64,000 bases of DNA. It comes from Macrostomum lignano (Eukaryota). Location: contig NIVC01000562.1 of assembly GCA_002269645.1 (NCBI GenBank), positions 1 through 64,000 on the forward strand, read 5' to 3'. Shown in pieces: positions 62,820 through 64,000 of this stretch (positions within the stretch are counted from its first letter, which is position 1; each line of letters opens with the position of its first letter). Position numbers and translations under genes: made by a program. The notes below the pieces were generated by a model. The model had not been told where the DNA came from. It saw only the letters and a list, made by a program, of their open reading frames with translations, and did no database searches.

Positions 62820-63205
62820 GAAAAAGCTTTGATCCTGGAGCTTACAGACTGACTGGGCTTGGAGCTTACAGACTGAAGCTTGGAGCTTACAAACTGACTG
62901 GGCTTGGAGCTTACAGACTGAAGCTTGGAGCTTACAAACTGCAGCTTGGAGCTTACAGACTGACTGGGCTTGGAGCTTACAGACTGAAGCTTGGAGCTTA
63001 CAAACTGCAGCTTGGAGCTTACAGACTGAAGCTTGGAGCTTACAGACTGCAGCTTGGAGCTTACAGACTGCAGCTTGGAGCTTACAGACTGCAGCTTGGA
63101 GCTTACAGACTGAAGCTTGAAGCTTACAGACTGCAGCTTGGAGCTTACAGACTGAAGCTTGGAGCTTACAGACTGAAGCTTGGAGCTTACAGACTGCAGC
63201 TTGGA
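62820..63205. repeat. minisatellite, 21-bp unit CTTGGAGCTTACAGACTGAAG
   Basis: Tandem copies seen. Confidence 0.94.
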
Positions 63206-63337
63206 TAGTGAAACTTGTTGACGGCTTATTAGATTATTATTATTAATATTTCTGAAACGTTACGATTGAAATCATTTATAAGACATGAAAATATTAGACA
63301 CACCGTTATCAAGGGCCAGTTCCCTCAGCCAGCAGTC

Positions 63338-64000
63338 TCAGAACATGTAATAAGTGGTATTGCACTCTGATATTCCGTGCAGCATTTCAATCAGCTGAGC
63401 TTCCGACTGCTTCTGCCGCATCAGCAGCCTGTCTAACTGGCGCTGCGGCAGCGACAAATCCTTGATATTTGGCTGCTGCATTCGATGATGCGGAGGTCGG
63501 CAGCCGGGACTCTTTGGCGCGGTCGCGGCGGCGGCGGCCGACGCAGCGGTTGATCCGCCAGTCGAACAGGCAGCGGCAGCGCCGGAAGCTCCAGCCAACC
63601 AGCTGTTAACCAGCTGAGGCGGGGCCAGCGCCATCGAGGAGGTGGCAGTCAGCTGGCTGACGTCGATGCCACCGGCAGAGTCGGCCGCGGCCAGCAGGTT
63701 ACTGTCCGAAATGGCCATCTTCAACGTCAGCGGAGCGGTCAACGAGTTCTGTTGTTGCTGTTGCTGCTGCAGCTGCAGCTGCAGCTGTTTCTGTTGTTGC
63801 TGCTGTTGAAAATTGAAATGCCGCGCAGGCGATCTGTCGCTTAGCAACGCCTTGCTGAGACGCTCGGCCCGTTGGCCAACAACGCCGATTTCGCCAATTT
63901 GCGTCACAATTTCGTCGTCTAAAGTGGAACCGTCGACGCCGGAGTCCAGCGAGGCCTGCGACCGGCTGACCAGGCCGCAGGCGGGTAGGAAGGACATGTT
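63338..64000 (-). CDS. probable terminal exon of an unidentified gene entering from the right edge (Q/A/S-rich, coiled-coil end)
   Basis: At least 219 open codons with the same GC-rich style as the verified exons; TGA at 63338; no family recognised. Confidence 0.6.
   Translation of the reverse strand, partial: NMSFLPACGLVSRSQASLDSGVDGSTLDDEIVTQIGEIGVVGQRAERLSKALLSDRSPARHFNFQQQQQQKQLQLQLQQQQQQQNSLTAPLTLKMAISDSNLLAAADSAGGIDVSQLTATSSMALAPPQLVNSWLAGASGAAAACSTGGSTAASAAAAATAPKSPGCRPPHHRMQQPNIKDLSLPQRQLDRLLMRQKQSEAQLIEMLHGISECNTTYYMF

Overview
Eukaryotic (invertebrate animal) genomic DNA. It has GC-rich GT-AG exons, short A-rich splice acceptors and about 30 unrelated tandem arrays covering roughly 38% of the window (hand estimate). 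The style suggests a flatworm such as Macrostomum, but this is inference only. Reconstructed genes, left to right: CFAP157 (-, 4 exons, one apparent 1-bp frameshift); a 4-EF-hand calmodulin-like gene (+, 5 exons); a co-directional minus-strand cluster of ALG3, MORN3, CDC40/PRP17 and GRTP1; a BAP31-like gene (+); a 14-exon divergent GABA-B-like class C GPCR (+); and partial unknown genes at both edges. Mobile DNA: CORE-type and other tRNA-derived SINEs, hAT-like non-autonomous elements with 8-bp TSDs, two mariner relics and an internally deleted Tc1-like element. Most notable: (1) a sharply bounded 3.2-kb block (30939-34168) with only 3 CpGs, hiding a mariner transposase saturated with C>T/G>A changes including non-CpG sites, a RIP-like signature; (2) splice acceptors directly before most ATGs plus operon-like spacing, suggesting SL trans-splicing and a polycistronic cluster; (3) an hAT-like element made almost entirely of two long hairpins carrying a recurrent CCATAGAC motif. 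All homology calls come from recalled family motifs, not database searches.
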